Below the pieces are notes generated by a model that did not search any database, was not told the DNA's origin, and saw only the letters and a list, made by a program, of their open reading frames with translations. The translations under genes were made by a program, and so were the position numbers. A DNA stretch of 63,419 bases, the filler included, from Octopus bimaculoides (Eukaryota), in the NCBI RefSeq assembly GCF_001194135.2. It is 6 parts of 6 records of this genome, joined end to end, with 100 filler letters (N's around TTAATTAATTAA, not from the genome) between each part and the next. Parts side by side here need not be neighbours in the genome. Positions count along the whole stretch, not along the records: positions 58,611 to 63,419 come from NC_068981.1; 5 more parts are not named here. One strand, 5' to 3'. Positions within the stretch are counted from its first letter, which is position 1. Each line of letters opens with the position of its first letter. This document shows, in pieces, positions 60,754 to 63,419 of the stretch.

Positions 60754-61782
60754 TNNNNNNNNNNNNNNNNNNNNNNNNNNNNNNNNNNNNNNNNNNNNNN
60801 NNNNNNNNNNNNNNNNNNNNNNNNNNNNNNNNNNNNNNNNNNNNNNNNNNNNNNNNNNNNNNNNNNNNNNNNNNNNNNNNNNNNNNNNNNNNNNNNNNNN
60901 NNNNNNNNNNNNNNNNNNNNNNNNNNNNNNNNNNNNNNNNNNNNNNNNNNNNNNNNNNNNNNNNNNNNNNNNNNNNNNNNNNNNNNNNNNNNNNNNNNNN
61001 NNNNNNNNNNNNNNNNNNNNNNNNNNNNNNNNNNNNNNNNNNNNNNNNNNNNNNNNNNNNNNNNNNNNNNNNNNNNNNNNNNNNNNNNNNNNNNNNNNNN
61101 NNNNNNNNNNNNNNNNNNNNNNNNNNNNNNNNNNNNNNNNNNNNNNNNNNNNNNNNNNNNNNNNNNNNNNNNNNNNNNNNNNNNNNNNNNNNNNNNNNNN
61201 NNNNNNNNNNNNNNNNNNNNNNNNNNNNNNNNNNNNNNNNNNNNNNNNNNNNNNNNNNNNNNNNNNNNNNNNNNNNNNNNNNNNNNNNNNNNNNNNNNNN
61301 NNNNNNNNNNNNNNNNNNNNNNNNNNNNNNNNNNNNNNNNNNNNNNNNNNNNNNNNNNNNNNNNNNNNNNNNNNNNNNNNNNNNNNNNNNNNNNNNNNNN
61401 NNNNNNNNNNNNNNNNNNNNNNNNNNNNNNNNNNNNNNNNNNNNNNNNNNNNNNNNNNNNNNNNNNNNNNNNNNNNNNNNNNNNNNNNNNNNNNNNNNNN
61501 NNNNNNNNNNNNNNNNNNNNNNNNNNNNNNNNNNNNNNNNNNNNNNNNNNNNNNNNNNNNNNNNNNNNNNNNNNNNNNNNNNNNNNNNNNNNNNNNNNNN
61601 NNNNNNNNNNNNNNNNNNNNNNNNNNNNNNNNNNNNAAGAAAGGGATATTCGGCCTGGGCGGGACTGAAAAGTCACAAAGGGAAGGGACGTAAGTATATA
61701 CGACAAGTTATTTTGTCCTGCTCTTAACCGATTCTTTTTTGAACCACACACACACACACACACACATACGCACACACACACA

Positions 61783-61814
<32 letters not shown>

Positions 61815-62772
61815 TGCACACACACACACACACACCAATACACATGGACGCACACGCACGCACGCACACACACACACAAAGACAGAAAAGCAAACGCAAT
61901 CACACACACACAAATACACACACGCATACGCAACTACTCACGCACTCACACACTCGCCTACTCTCTTTTCACCGTCTCTTTTTCTCTATTATATCTATAT
62001 ATGTTTATTCACAAGCATGCATACATACATGCATACATATACATACATACATACATACATACATACATACGTATAATGCTTGAACGTTATGTTTATGTTG
62101 ATGTAAGTGTGTGTGGGTGTCTGTATGCATATTTGTGTGTAAATCTCTGTTGCATGTGTAATTATGAGCTTGCTAAACTCTGCATATATCAATAGGAGGC
62201 AATTTTCCTTTTTATATTTTATTCCTACACAGTTCATTCTGTAAAAGACTTGTGTTTTTCTTCGAAGCGACAGGCTGTGGCGCACACACAGACACATAGT
62301 CTCGTTGCAGTCTAGTCATTGGATGTTTAACGCCAAAGAGGATATATAGTGAAGACACTTCCGGATTCGTAACTCTATTAAGAGAGCTATTGTGCCTAAC
62401 GTGGGAGATACAAGAGATCACAACGAAGAAAAGAAAAAAAGAACACAATAAGAAAAAAGTAAAAAAAAAAAAAACAAAAAAAACAAAGTCACCTCCGTTG
62501 CTAGACAAACAATCAAACAATTAAAATAGTGACCGTAACAAAAGTACCACACTATACATACATACATACATGCATACATACATGCATACATACATACATA
62601 CATACATACATACATGTAAGTATGTATGTATATATAAATATATATATGTATATGAGACAATGCACAAGTGAAACTGAAAGTCGACGAAGAATCAAAACAG
62701 CGCGATAAATTAATATGAACACTTACGGGAGGATAAAAGCCAGCGTCTGAGACAATGTTATAATAGGAAATT

Positions 62773-62810
<38 letters not shown>

Positions 62811-63419
62811 CATAGTAATAGTAATAATAATAATCGTATCAATAATAACGATTTAAATAATCTACCCCCTCCTACTACAACTACTATTGCTACTACAAGA
62901 ACAGTAGTAATAATAAATTCAATATGAACAAATACAAGGATAAACACAAAAATGAAAGCGACAATAAAAAGAACAGTTATATATGACAATGCCGTTAAGA
63001 GGGCGAGAGTATAGGAAATATGCATGAAACAAGTGAATTTAAAAAAAAAGAAAAAATAAATTAGAACTCGAAGGAATTACGCGAAAAAGGTAAGGTTCAT
63101 CGTTGATGATAATTAACCTTTCTCTTCGAATGTATTGTAAAAGACATGAAGAATTTGTTTCTTTTCAGTGATTCGCTCCTACCTTGTCTGTCTCTCTCCC
63201 ATTCTCTCATTCCTGCTGTTTTAATCGTGCTACCACTTTCTGTCTTTCTTCTTCACAGCGGTTTTGCTTTTTCTCCAATTTCTTAGTTTGTGTATTTCGT
63301 TTTACTGACAGTCGCTCGCAATGTGTACACAAACGCACACATAACACGCGCGTGGACGCGCACACACGCATGCATATGCAGGCAAATATTTGCATACATA
63401 CATATATATATATATATAT

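Overview
AT-rich, microsatellite-dense eukaryotic DNA from a draft assembly, with about 8.7 kb of N. Five 100-bp N44-TTAATTAATTAA-N44 linkers join separate scaffolds. The repeat families look like those of Octopus (recognised from memory, not searched). Almost all listed ORFs are microsatellite or N artefacts, and I recognise no host gene by name. The window is dominated by: (1) at least four tRNA-derived SINE families; (2) decayed LINEs (L1/Tx1 endonuclease, CR1/L2-group RT, RTE, and a cluster of R4/Dong-type pieces in (TAA)n arrays); (3) a full-length decayed Tc1 element, a second Tc1/mariner remnant and MITEs. The most striking signal is several unrelated hammerhead-ribozyme (HHR) folds. 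One near-intact HHR sits in the loop of a 124-bp-arm foldback flanked by a 12-bp duplication (39973-40388). One extended type I fold lies at 2922-3010. A CpG-depleted domain (~28.3-37.7 kb) holds phase-compatible minus-strand exon candidates. A CpG-rich, promoter-like island (40.5-41.9 kb) precedes plus-strand exon candidates. All gene models are tentative and were read by eye.
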